From NCBI GenBank assembly GCA_025999335.1, contig AP024681.1, positions 395,547 to 459,546 of the forward strand: a DNA stretch of 64,000 nucleotides, read 5' to 3'. Shown piece by piece: positions 8,562-17,904 of the stretch. Numbering within the stretch: the stretch's first letter is position 1; the number at the start of each line of letters is the position of its first letter. Under the pieces are notes generated by a model. The model saw only the letters and a program-made list of their open reading frames with translations. It did not search any database and had not been told where the DNA came from. The position numbers were made by a program, and so were the translations under genes. This DNA comes from Candidatus Parcubacteria bacterium (GTDB taxonomy: Bacteria; Patescibacteriota; Minisyncoccia; UBA6257; HR35).

Positions 8562-10637
8562 ATGACCTTAGATGATCTTAACAAACCTTTAGAAGAATTA
8601 CATCTTAAAAAAGATTTGCTAGATAAATTAAAGCTAAAGAAAATTACTACAATTAAAGATATTTTATATTATTTTCCTTATAAATATTTAGACTTAACGA
8701 AGATAAAAAAAATCAAAGATTTAACAATTAGCGATGAAAAAATAACTTTGGTTGGCAAGCTTAGCAATATAAAAGCTTTTTCAGCGCGTTATAGAAAATT
8801 GTTTATTATTTCAGCAACCTTATCCGATGCGACTGGAGCAATTAAAGTAATGTGGTATAATCAGCCATTTCTTCTAAAACATTTTAAAAATCAACCTTAT
8901 GTATTGGTTTACGGTAAGTTAAGTTTTTCTAAAAATATGTTAATTATGCAGTCTCCTAAAGTAAAGATATTAGGCAAAGAAAAATTTTTTAGACTAAATA
9001 TTATTCCTATCTATTCAGAGTTTAAAGGCGTAAAGAGTCGCACTATTGCTAATATTATTGATAAAATTTTTCAACAATTTGCTATTGATAAAATTGATGA
9101 AACCTTGCCGCCGCTAATTTTAAAAAAACTTGCTTATCCAACTTTAGGTGAAGCTTTATTAACCTTGCATAAACCAAAAACTTTAAAAAATATACATCAA
9201 GCGCAACAGCGTATTTCTTTTGAAGAGATTTTGTATTTAGAATTAGCGTCTTTATTAAATAAATCAACGCTGAGCAAAAATAAAGCTCCTCTTATTAACA
9301 AAGATGAACAATTAATTCAATCTTTTTTGCAGTCATTAAATTTATCGTTAACTCAAGGGCAAAAAAAGGTTCTCGATGATATTTTTCAAGATTTACAAAA
9401 AGGAAAGCCAATGAATCGCTTGCTACAAGGAGAAACTGGTTCAGGTAAAACTTTAATTGCGGAAATTGTTAGTTTAAATATAGTTACTTACGGTTATCAA
9501 GTAATTTTAATGGCGCCAACGGAAATTTTAGCACAGCAACATTTTGAAAGACTTAAAAACGATTTTAAAAATTTTAATTTTGGTTTAGGTTTGATTACTT
9601 CAGGGCAGATTTTTTATGCTGTTAAAGGCTTTAAGGCAAAGAAGAAAATGTTAGATATTAATCGTTATTTAAGTCTCGGTGATATTAAAATTTTGGTTGG
9701 CACACATTCTTTGATTAAAAATAATTTATCTTTTAATAACATAGGTTTAATAATAATCGATGAACAACAGCGTTTTGGCGTTGAACAACGTCAGGAACTT
9801 TTAAGCAAAAGCAAACAAAATTTTGTGCCTCATTTTTTATCAATGACAGCAACTCCAATTCCGCGCACTTTGGCTTTAGCTTTATACAGCGATTTGGATT
9901 TGTCTTATCTTAAAGAGAAACCGCCGGGATTTAAACAAATCAAAACTTACATTGTTTATCCGAATAAAAAAAATATTATGTGGAATTTTATTAACAAAGA
10001 ATTAAACGAAAATCATCAGATATTTATAGTTTGTCCTCGCGTTGAAGATAAAGAAGATGAAATTGCTTCGGTAAAAAAAGAATATGAAAATATAAGAAAT
10101 CTTTTTCCTAAAGCCAATGTAGCTTTTTTGCACGGTAAGATGAAACCCGAAGAAAAAGAAAAAATTTTGAAATTAATGCAAGCTAACAAGATTAATATTT
10201 TAGTAAGTTCGTCGGTTATAGAGGTTGGTATTGATTTGCCTTTGGTAACAGTTATTGTTATTCTTTCGCCAGAGAGATTTGGTTTAGCGCAACTGTATCA
10301 ATTAAGAGGTCGTGTTGGCAGAAGCATTCATCAAGGTTATTGTTTTTTAGCTGTTAGTAATTTATCTGATAAATCGAAAAAACGATTGCAATTATTTTTG
10401 CGATCTGATTCAGCTTTAAAACTTGCTGAATATGATTTACGTTTAAGGGGTCCGGGAGAACTTTTAGGTATTAAACAGTCAGGTTTATCTGATCTTGCAA
10501 TGCGCGCTCTTGCCGATATTAATTTGCTTAAAAAAGCTAAAATTGTTGCTCGTTATATTTTTAATCATCAAGCTAATAAAAATTTTGCTTATTTATTAAA
10601 AAAGGCATCATCTTATTTGGATTTTTTAAAAGCTTGA
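8562..10637 (+). CDS. recG: ATP-dependent DNA helicase RecG
   Basis: OB/wedge domain, MNRLLQGETGSGKT, DEQQRFG, MTATPIPRTL, QLRGRVGR, DLRLRGPGE. Confidence 0.97.
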   Translation: MTLDDLNKPLEELHLKKDLLDKLKLKKITTIKDILYYFPYKYLDLTKIKKIKDLTISDEKITLVGKLSNIKAFSARYRKLFIISATLSDATGAIKVMWYNQPFLLKHFKNQPYVLVYGKLSFSKNMLIMQSPKVKILGKEKFFRLNIIPIYSEFKGVKSRTIANIIDKIFQQFAIDKIDETLPPLILKKLAYPTLGEALLTLHKPKTLKNIHQAQQRISFEEILYLELASLLNKSTLSKNKAPLINKDEQLIQSFLQSLNLSLTQGQKKVLDDIFQDLQKGKPMNRLLQGETGSGKTLIAEIVSLNIVTYGYQVILMAPTEILAQQHFERLKNDFKNFNFGLGLITSGQIFYAVKGFKAKKKMLDINRYLSLGDIKILVGTHSLIKNNLSFNNIGLIIIDEQQRFGVEQRQELLSKSKQNFVPHFLSMTATPIPRTLALALYSDLDLSYLKEKPPGFKQIKTYIVYPNKKNIMWNFINKELNENHQIFIVCPRVEDKEDEIASVKKEYENIRNLFPKANVAFLHGKMKPEEKEKILKLMQANKINILVSSSVIEVGIDLPLVTVIVILSPERFGLAQLYQLRGRVGRSIHQGYCFLAVSNLSDKSKKRLQLFLRSDSALKLAEYDLRLRGPGELLGIKQSGLSDLAMRALADINLLKKAKIVARYIFNHQANKNFAYLLKKASSYLDFLKA

Positions 10638-10751
10638 TTTTTAAATCGCTTTTTATTTAACCTAATATAATTTTTATTTATAATTTTAATTAGTTATATT
10701 ACTATATAATATTAGATATGGCTTTAAAATTAATATTTACTAATACACTTT

Positions 10752-10798
10752 TTATCCACAAAATAAACTTGACATTTATATAAAAAAATGTGTATAAT
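10752..10798 (+). promoter_or_regulatory. Promoter with perfect DnaA box upstream of -35
   Basis: TTATCCACA 10752-10760, TTGACA 10769-10774, TATAAT 10793-10798. Confidence 0.65.
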
Positions 10799-10905
10799 TT
10801 ATGTATGAAAATTAATATTTTTAAAGGTCTTAATTAATATTGTAAATAGCGTTAATTAAAAATTTTTTAGTTGGTTTAATGACCAACTAGCAATTAATTA
10901 AAAAA

Positions 10906-12831
10906 ATGGAATACGGTAAAAAAGTTTTTGTCGGCATTATACTTTCATCTTTGTTTATATTTTTGGTCGTTCCTTCATTTGCCGTTAAAGCACAGACTTC
11001 AGTTTCTTGCGACCCTGATGCTTTAAAACCTGCTAGCAAAGGTCAACGCGGTGCTAATGTTAAAAATTTGCAAGCTTGCTTAATTGAAGCTGGTTATGAC
11101 ATTCCCGCAGGTCCTACAGGATACTACGGTCCACAAACAGTAAGTGCAGTTTTGGAGTTCTACAAAGACAATGATATGCAAGACGGTATTAACCTTAAGG
11201 GTAATAGAATTGGTCCTAAGGGCATTGCTGCTTTAAAGGACGCTTTATCACAGGTTAGCGAAGAACCTAGCGAAGAACCTGGTGAAGAGCCTTCTACAAC
11301 AACTCCATCAACTGGAAGTCAACAACAACAACCATCAGTTGATCAAATTGTAGCTGCTGTAATTGCTGCTTTAAGAGCTCAAGGCTTATTACAACAACAG
11401 CCTACATCTACTGGTGTTACAGGGACAACTGGCGAAGAAGGTATTTTAACAGTGGACACCAATCCAACGCCAGCGTCTGGTCAGCAATTTAGAGAAGGAG
11501 AAACTCTTACTTGGTTAGGTGTAAGATTTAGAGCTCAAGATTCTGACATTAGAGTTAAAAGCTTTAAAGTTACTTGGCCATCTACAAACAATGTTGCTCC
11601 TCAAAGAGTTGTTGTAAAATTTGAAATCGTTGATGAACAAGGCAATGTTCTTAAAACAATTCCAGCTTCAGACTTTACTCAGGAAATATCCGGAAATCTT
11701 GACAGCTACTATTATGTAACTGGTTTAGATTATGTTGTGCCTAAAAATACTTACAAAGCTTTATACATAAAAGCATATGCTGTTTCTACATTCCCAAGTG
11801 GCTTACCAACTTCCTTTAATCTTCAGGTAAGCGAAGTAAGAGGTAGAGATAATGCTGGAATCGATAGATTCCCAGCAGGAACAGCTTCCAGAACTGTTAC
11901 ACCTCAATCAACCGTTGCTACTTCGGCACGATTTGATGTTTCTAAATCAGTTTCTTCTCCAGTAGAAAACAATGTTGTTGGTGATTATGTAACTGGAAGA
12001 GCAAACAATGTAAGACTTTTAGATGTTGAACTTTTAGCTAGAAATGATAGAGTTAGATTAATGCAATTAGTAGTTAATATTTCTGGTAGCGCTACTGCTT
12101 CTGTTGTATACCTTAAAGATGACGCTGGTAATACTATTGATTCAGCAGCGCCATCAGGAGGTACTGCAACCTTTACCAATGTTTTGGGTCAAAATATTTG
12201 GGTTGAAAGAGATCAAACTAAAAAACTTTCAATTTATGCTGACTTTACTGGCGTAACTACATCAGAAGTAACATCAACAGTTTCTGTTGCTTCTTTACAA
12301 AGACAAAACAGCTTAGGTGATACTGGTTCTCAGTCAGTTTCTGGAGTTAGCGGAGATCTAATGCATATCTTCACCGAAGCTCCAGTCTTTGCTAAAGGTT
12401 CAACTTTCGATGTAAGTATTACTAGAGATCAAAATAATTCAACCACAACCGCAAATGCTACTTTATATGTTAATGTTACAGCCAGAGGTTCAAATATTAA
12501 AATAAGTTCAACATCAGTCTTCACTCTTGCTTGGGAAAGAAATAATACTACAACAGTTGTAACTACTTCTGTTGCCGCAACTGAAGTTAAAGATCAAAGC
12601 GGTAATACTGTTGCTCAAGATACTAATGGTTATTACAATATTCCAGTTAATCAAACCTATACTTTTGTTCTCCAGAATCAACAAATCTTTACTGGAGCTC
12701 CAAGAGTTAGGGTAAAGGTTAATGGTATAACCTGGAGAAACTCTGCTAACAGTGATATTACTTCAGGTTCCTCAAGCTCAGCAACTGAGACTTGGGTTGG
12801 AAGAGATCTTAAGACTAATTGGAGCAACTAA
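10906..12831 (+). CDS. Secreted peptidoglycan-binding-domain protein with beta-sandwich repeats (putative S-layer/major surface protein)
   Basis: Signal peptide; PG_binding_1-like GQRGANVKNLQACL...TGYYGPQTVSAV; T/S/V-rich body; own promoter and terminator. Confidence 0.75.
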   Translation: MEYGKKVFVGIILSSLFIFLVVPSFAVKAQTSVSCDPDALKPASKGQRGANVKNLQACLIEAGYDIPAGPTGYYGPQTVSAVLEFYKDNDMQDGINLKGNRIGPKGIAALKDALSQVSEEPSEEPGEEPSTTTPSTGSQQQQPSVDQIVAAVIAALRAQGLLQQQPTSTGVTGTTGEEGILTVDTNPTPASGQQFREGETLTWLGVRFRAQDSDIRVKSFKVTWPSTNNVAPQRVVVKFEIVDEQGNVLKTIPASDFTQEISGNLDSYYYVTGLDYVVPKNTYKALYIKAYAVSTFPSGLPTSFNLQVSEVRGRDNAGIDRFPAGTASRTVTPQSTVATSARFDVSKSVSSPVENNVVGDYVTGRANNVRLLDVELLARNDRVRLMQLVVNISGSATASVVYLKDDAGNTIDSAAPSGGTATFTNVLGQNIWVERDQTKKLSIYADFTGVTTSEVTSTVSVASLQRQNSLGDTGSQSVSGVSGDLMHIFTEAPVFAKGSTFDVSITRDQNNSTTTANATLYVNVTARGSNIKISSTSVFTLAWERNNTTTVVTTSVAATEVKDQSGNTVAQDTNGYYNIPVNQTYTFVLQNQQIFTGAPRVRVKVNGITWRNSANSDITSGSSSSATETWVGRDLKTNWSN

Positions 12832-12851
12832 AATAAAAACCTAAAAGGTTG

Positions 12852-12886
12852 AAAAAGCCCGGGCGTTACCCGGGCTTTTTCTTTTT
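12852..12886 (+). terminator. Rho-independent terminator (A/T tracts on both sides)
   Basis: AAAAAGCCCGGG-cgtta-CCCGGGCTTTTT. Confidence 0.88.
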
Positions 12887-12960
12887 GAATATTTTTTTAT
12901 ATCGATAAAAGTTTTAAAATACAAAATAACTCCGCTGTTTTTTATGTTAAAATTTTATTG

Positions 12961-14052
12961 ATGAGGATAGTTAAGATTTTAAGTTTAGTTTTTTTATTTA
13001 CAATATTATTTTTTAATGCTTTTGCTCAAAGATTGATTAAAAATAAATTCATCGATACTATTATTGTCAGCAAAAATGATCCAGTAATTAGTTCGGAAAC
13101 AGTCACTTTTTCTTTTCAAGGGATTGATAAATCTAATAAATCTAAATCTTTTCGTTTTCAAACTGTTTTATTGCCGATAGAAAAAAAATGGCAAAATTAT
13201 GATTTAAGTACAAAAACTTATTCTTTGCCCAAAGGTTTAGCAACTTATATCTTTAAAGTTAGAGCTATTAACGATAAAAATAGATATGATCCAACGCCGG
13301 CTTTTTTTGTATTTACAAATTATATTTCTAATTTTTATAAAGATATTAGGATTAATATTTCTAATGATGGTTTTAGTCTTGTTTTAGAAAATAAAAGTAC
13401 TAGTAGTATTAATATTACGGGTTGGCATCTGGTTAGCTCTAATATTAATCTTTACATTCCTAAAATGGTTAAAAATTTACTTCCTGACTATTATAATATT
13501 ACCCCAGAGGATGTTGTTTTAGAGCCAGGCGGAAAATTAATCATCAAGGCTGTTTATAATAATGCTGCTTCTTTACCTTTAAATATAAATCAAAATGATA
13601 TTAAATTAGCTCCTTTAAATTTTAATTTTTTAGTTAATAAATGTTTGGGTTATTTACATCCCGATTATGCTAATTTATATTGCGATAAATTTACCGCTAC
13701 TAAAGATGAATTATTGACTTTAGTGCAAACAGGTAGAATAAGCCGTCAGTGCGCATTAATTTTAGAAAATCCTGATTGTCGTGGTAGAGAAACTATTAAA
13801 AAAGTTTTAGAAATTAATGATTATTATTGTAAAACATTAGTTTTTGATTGGTATAATTACCGTTCTTGTTATGCTCGCAATCAAGATAAGACAGATTTTT
13901 ATTTAAAAGATTGGCATATGTTTATTGATCCGCGTTCGTCTCAAGAAATTTCTGCAAGGAAACCGCTTAAAAGATTATTTCAGGATCGTTACGAAGCAAT
14001 TTTACTTTATGATAGCAATAATTTATTAGTAGATAAATATTCAATTTACTAA
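12961..14052 (+). CDS. Secreted protein with FN3/YYY-like and lamin-tail-like domains, Cys-rich
   Basis: Signal peptide; YIFKVRAIN..DPTPA; LENKSTSSINITGWHL; LYDSNNLLVDKYS C-terminus. Confidence 0.6.
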   Translation: MRIVKILSLVFLFTILFFNAFAQRLIKNKFIDTIIVSKNDPVISSETVTFSFQGIDKSNKSKSFRFQTVLLPIEKKWQNYDLSTKTYSLPKGLATYIFKVRAINDKNRYDPTPAFFVFTNYISNFYKDIRINISNDGFSLVLENKSTSSINITGWHLVSSNINLYIPKMVKNLLPDYYNITPEDVVLEPGGKLIIKAVYNNAASLPLNINQNDIKLAPLNFNFLVNKCLGYLHPDYANLYCDKFTATKDELLTLVQTGRISRQCALILENPDCRGRETIKKVLEINDYYCKTLVFDWYNYRSCYARNQDKTDFYLKDWHMFIDPRSSQEISARKPLKRLFQDRYEAILLYDSNNLLVDKYSIY

Positions 14053-14054
14053 AT

Positions 14055-14936
14055 TTATTTTTTTATCCTTCGTCTACCATGAAAAGCTTGATGAATATTT
14101 TTTAGTTCTTTATTAGTAATATGAGTGTAAATTTGTGTTGTTTGTATGTTTTTATGACCTAAAAGCATTTGAATTGCCCTTAAATCAGCGCCAGCAGTTA
14201 AAAGATCGGTTGCAAATTGATGTCTTAAGGTATGAGGAGTTATTTTTTTATATAAGCCGCTTTTTTTAGCATAATATTTAATTATTTTCTCAATACTTCG
14301 TGGTTTTAATCTTTGCCCTTTTGAATTTTTAGCCAGACTGATAAATAAAGCTGGTTCATCATCATTACGTTTGCTTAAATATTGTTTAATATAATAAATG
14401 GCTATTGGCGAAAGAAAAGCAATTCGTAATTTATTTCCTTTACCTCTGACAGTTATTTCTCCTTTGTCAATATTTATGTCTTTATTTAAAGAACACAGCT
14501 CGCTGACTCTAAGTCCAGTGCTAAATAAAGTTTCCATAATAGCTCTATCGCGTAAAGATTTTATACTATTGCCACTGGCAGCATTTAATAGAGTTTCTAG
14601 TTCTTTGTCATTTAAAATCCCAATTTCTCTTTCTGGTAATTTTGGTAGTTCAATTTTTGCTGGATCGTAAATGTTAATATTTTTTTTGCGTAAATATTTT
14701 AAAAAGTTTCTAATAGCTATTAAATAATAAGATTGAGTTTTGAGGCTGAGATTTTTTTTATTAAGAAAATATCTAAAATTATAAATGGTTTCATCATTAA
14801 TTTTACTGCCATTATCTTTAAGCCAATTCAAGAAAAATTTTAATTTTCTTAAGTATTCAATAATCGTCCCCTTAGCTCGTCCTTTTTCGATGGTTAAATA
14901 ATTTTCATATTTTTCTAAATATTTTTCAAGATTCAT
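14055..14936 (-). CDS. Tyrosine recombinase XerC/XerD family (start probably 14936, MNLEKY)
   Basis: RDRAIMETLFSTGLRVSEL, VRGKGNKLR, TPHTLRHQFAT, LLGH, TTQIYTH. Confidence 0.93.
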   Translation of the reverse strand: MNLEKYLEKYENYLTIEKGRAKGTIIEYLRKLKFFLNWLKDNGSKINDETIYNFRYFLNKKNLSLKTQSYYLIAIRNFLKYLRKKNINIYDPAKIELPKLPEREIGILNDKELETLLNAASGNSIKSLRDRAIMETLFSTGLRVSELCSLNKDINIDKGEITVRGKGNKLRIAFLSPIAIYYIKQYLSKRNDDEPALFISLAKNSKGQRLKPRSIEKIIKYYAKKSGLYKKITPHTLRHQFATDLLTAGADLRAIQMLLGHKNIQTTQIYTHITNKELKNIHQAFHGRRRIKK

Positions 14937-15025
14937 ATTATTAATTATTATACGATTATTAATATTATTATAATCTTCGGTTTTGTTAATTTGAAATTTT
15001 ATCTTTTTTGTGGTAAAATAAAGTA

Positions 15026-15292
15026 ATGGCAAGGATTTTTAAAGATAAAATTCAAAATATTATTACTAAGTTTGGTAAAGATAACAATGATACCGGCAGT
15101 CCTGAAGTTCAAATTGCTTTGTTGACAGAAGAAATTTTAAATTTAAATAAACATTTGCAAAGCAATAAAGGAGATAAAAATTCTAAAAGAGGATTGATTT
15201 TAAAAATAGCTCGCCGTAAAAAGCTTTTAAGATATTTAAAAGTTACATCTTATTCTCGTTACCGCAAGGTTGTTAAAGAATTACGCTTATGA
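15026..15292 (+). CDS. rpsO: 30S ribosomal protein S15
   Basis: DTGSPEVQIALLT, SKRGL, RRKKLLRYL. Confidence 0.97.
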   Translation: MARIFKDKIQNIITKFGKDNNDTGSPEVQIALLTEEILNLNKHLQSNKGDKNSKRGLILKIARRKKLLRYLKVTSYSRYRKVVKELRL

Positions 15293-15792
15293 ATCCTTTT
15301 ATTAAATCGTGGCAAAGGCTTAATATCTTCATTGACACTCAGAACGTTTATCATTCAGCGAGAAATCTTTATGATGCAAAAGTTGATTTTGGTAAGTTAG
15401 TTAATCTTTTAACCAGTGGCAGGAATTTAATTAATGCTTTTGCTTATGTTGTGCAATCAGAATTAACACAACGAGAATTGGATTTTTTTGAAGCTTTGAT
15501 TAAAAATGGTATAAGATTGCGCGCTAAAGAATTATTAGTTTATCCTGATGGCACTAAAAAAGCTGATTGGGATGTAGGCATTGCCGTTGATGTTGTAAAA
15601 TTTAGCGAATTGGTTGATGTTGTTGTTTTGGTTACGGGTGATGGTGATTTTTTGCCGTTAGTAGAGTATTTGCAAAATAAAGGTAAACAAGTTGAGATTG
15701 CTGGTTTTGCGGCAACAACATCGATTAAACTAAAAGAAGCCGCTGATTTTTATTATGATTTAGGCGAGTTTAAAAAAATGATTTTAATTTAA
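15289..15792 (+). CDS. NYN domain (LabA/DUF88, PIN-like) protein
   Basis: FIDTQN, KADWDVGIAVD, VTGDGDFLPL, LKEAADF. Confidence 0.92.
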   Translation: MNPFIKSWQRLNIFIDTQNVYHSARNLYDAKVDFGKLVNLLTSGRNLINAFAYVVQSELTQRELDFFEALIKNGIRLRAKELLVYPDGTKKADWDVGIAVDVVKFSELVDVVVLVTGDGDFLPLVEYLQNKGKQVEIAGFAATTSIKLKEAADFYYDLGEFKKMILI

Positions 15793-15801
15793 TTTTTTGC
15801 T

Positions 15802-17904
15802 ATGAATAAGACAAAAGAATATATTTACCATAGTAAGGATTATGACTTAGAAATATGTTTTCAGTTAAATGATTGGGCGTCACGATCAATGGTTTCATTA
15901 TTAACCAAAAGTAAAGATACTGTTATTTTAACTGTCATTAATTTAGGCGAACAATTGCCGGAATCTGATTTTTTACCATTGACCGTTGATTATGAAGAAA
16001 AATTTTATGCTGGAGGCAAAATATTCGGTAGTCGTTTTTTAAGAAGGGAAGGTAAGCCAAGTATTAATTCCATTTTAAACGCTCGTTTGATTGATAGAAG
16101 TATTAGACCGGCTTTTCCGCAAATATTTAAAACAAAAATACATATAACTAACACTTTGCTTTCTTACGATCCTCAATCTGAACCTGATTTATTAGCTTTG
16201 CTGGGAACTTCTTTTGGTTTAGCTTCTTTAAATTTACCTTTTAATATTATCGCTGGTTGGAAATTATATTTTTACAATAATCAATGGTCATTGGTTAATC
16301 CTAATTCAAGTTTGAATAATAATTTAGTTAGTGAGTTATTTGTTTCTGGAACTAAAAATAAGATAAATATGATTGAATTTGAAGGCTTGGAATTATCTAA
16401 CGATGAGGTTATTCAAGGTTGTGATTTAGCCTTTAAGGAAATAAAAAAAATCATAAATTTTATAGAAAGTATTTTCCCGTCAAGTTCTCTTGAAAATATT
16501 GGTAGTAATGAAAAATTAAAATTAGCCGAATCTTTATTTGATGAATTTTGCGCAAAGTATAATATTGATTTACAAAAAAGTCTTTTTTCTAATATTGAAG
16601 GCGATAAAAGTTTAGATGAAATTTTTGTTCATTTAGAAAATGAAGAAATTGAAGCATCAATGAAAGGGTATGTTTTTCAAATATTACAAAAAAAATTGAA
16701 AGAAATTTTTCAAAAAGGGGTTTTAGTTTCTAAAATACGTCCCGATGGAAGAAAGTTAGATGAAATTAGAAAAATAGATTTAAAATTAGGAATTTTGCCA
16801 CGAGTTCATGGTTCAGCTTTATTTCAAAGAGGTTTAACTCATATTCTTTCGACTGTTACTTTAGGTTCCCCGGGGGAGGAATTAGTATTAAAAGAATTAG
16901 AATACGAAGGAGCTAAACATTTTATGCATCATTATAATTTTCCACCTTATTCTACTGGTGAGTTAGGTAGTAATATGAGTCGTAGTCCTTCACGTCGCGA
17001 GATAGGGCATGGAGAGTTAGCTGAAAAAGCGATAAAAAGACTAATACCCAGTCAAGAAGATTTTCCTTATACTATTAGAGTAGTTTCAGAAGTTTTATCG
17101 TCAAATGGTTCAACTTCTATGGGATCAGTTTGTGCTTCCTCATTAGCTTTATTCGATGCCGGCGTGCCTTTGTTAAAACATATTGCTGGTATTAGCATCG
17201 GTATTGCCTATGAAAACGATAACAATTATGCTTTGTTGACAGACATTCAAGGACCGGAGGATTTCTTTGGTGGTATGGATTTTAAGGTTGCAGGTACAGA
17301 TAAGGGTATAACAGCTATTCAATTAGATGTTAAGATAGAAGGATTAAATTTATCGCAAATAAAAGAATCATTGCTTGCTGCTGAGAAGGCAAGGAAAAAT
17401 ATTTTATCATTAATGACTAAGGGTATTCCTCGTTATCGACGATCTTTGAGTCCTTTCGCACCTAAAATAGAATCATTAAAAATTGATCCTTCAAAAATTG
17501 GTTTAGTAATAGGTAGTGGCGGTAAAACAATTAATGAAATTATTACTTCGACAAACACTAAAATAGATATCTATCCTACGGGAACTATTTATATTACCGG
17601 AGAGAAGTTAGAAGACATTGAATTAGCGAAAAATTGGATTAAAATTATTTCAAATTCATTAATTAATGGCGAAGTTGTTACCGGCAAGGTTGTAAAAATT
17701 TTACCCTTTGGTGCCGTCTTAGAATTAGCTCCTCAAAAAACAGCTCTTTTGCATATTTCGGAAATCTCTGATAAAAGAATTGACAAAGTTGAAGATAAGG
17801 TAAAGTTAGGAGATAATATAAAAGTTACCATTAAAGAAGTGAATGATGATGGCAAAATATATGTTTCTTTAAAAAATGTCCGAAGAGCCACAAAAGAAAA
17901 TTGA
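15802..17904 (+). CDS. pnp: Polyribonucleotide nucleotidyltransferase
   Basis: DFLPLTVDYEE, RPDGR, RREIGHG, SNGSTSMGSVC, GGMDFKVAG, KH and S1 domains. Confidence 0.97.
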   Translation: MNKTKEYIYHSKDYDLEICFQLNDWASRSMVSLLTKSKDTVILTVINLGEQLPESDFLPLTVDYEEKFYAGGKIFGSRFLRREGKPSINSILNARLIDRSIRPAFPQIFKTKIHITNTLLSYDPQSEPDLLALLGTSFGLASLNLPFNIIAGWKLYFYNNQWSLVNPNSSLNNNLVSELFVSGTKNKINMIEFEGLELSNDEVIQGCDLAFKEIKKIINFIESIFPSSSLENIGSNEKLKLAESLFDEFCAKYNIDLQKSLFSNIEGDKSLDEIFVHLENEEIEASMKGYVFQILQKKLKEIFQKGVLVSKIRPDGRKLDEIRKIDLKLGILPRVHGSALFQRGLTHILSTVTLGSPGEELVLKELEYEGAKHFMHHYNFPPYSTGELGSNMSRSPSRREIGHGELAEKAIKRLIPSQEDFPYTIRVVSEVLSSNGSTSMGSVCASSLALFDAGVPLLKHIAGISIGIAYENDNNYALLTDIQGPEDFFGGMDFKVAGTDKGITAIQLDVKIEGLNLSQIKESLLAAEKARKNILSLMTKGIPRYRRSLSPFAPKIESLKIDPSKIGLVIGSGGKTINEIITSTNTKIDIYPTGTIYITGEKLEDIELAKNWIKIISNSLINGEVVTGKVVKILPFGAVLELAPQKTALLHISEISDKRIDKVEDKVKLGDNIKVTIKEVNDDGKIYVSLKNVRRATKEN

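Noticed and set aside
10640-10905. Replication origin
   Set aside because: Only one perfect DnaA box, no dnaA/dnaN nearby, and gene orientation bias does not switch
14055-15032. Tyrosine recombinase as a prophage/island integrase
   Set aside because: XerC/D-type motifs, housekeeping context next to rpsO, no att sites or phage genes; the ORF-track start at 15032 is also too long
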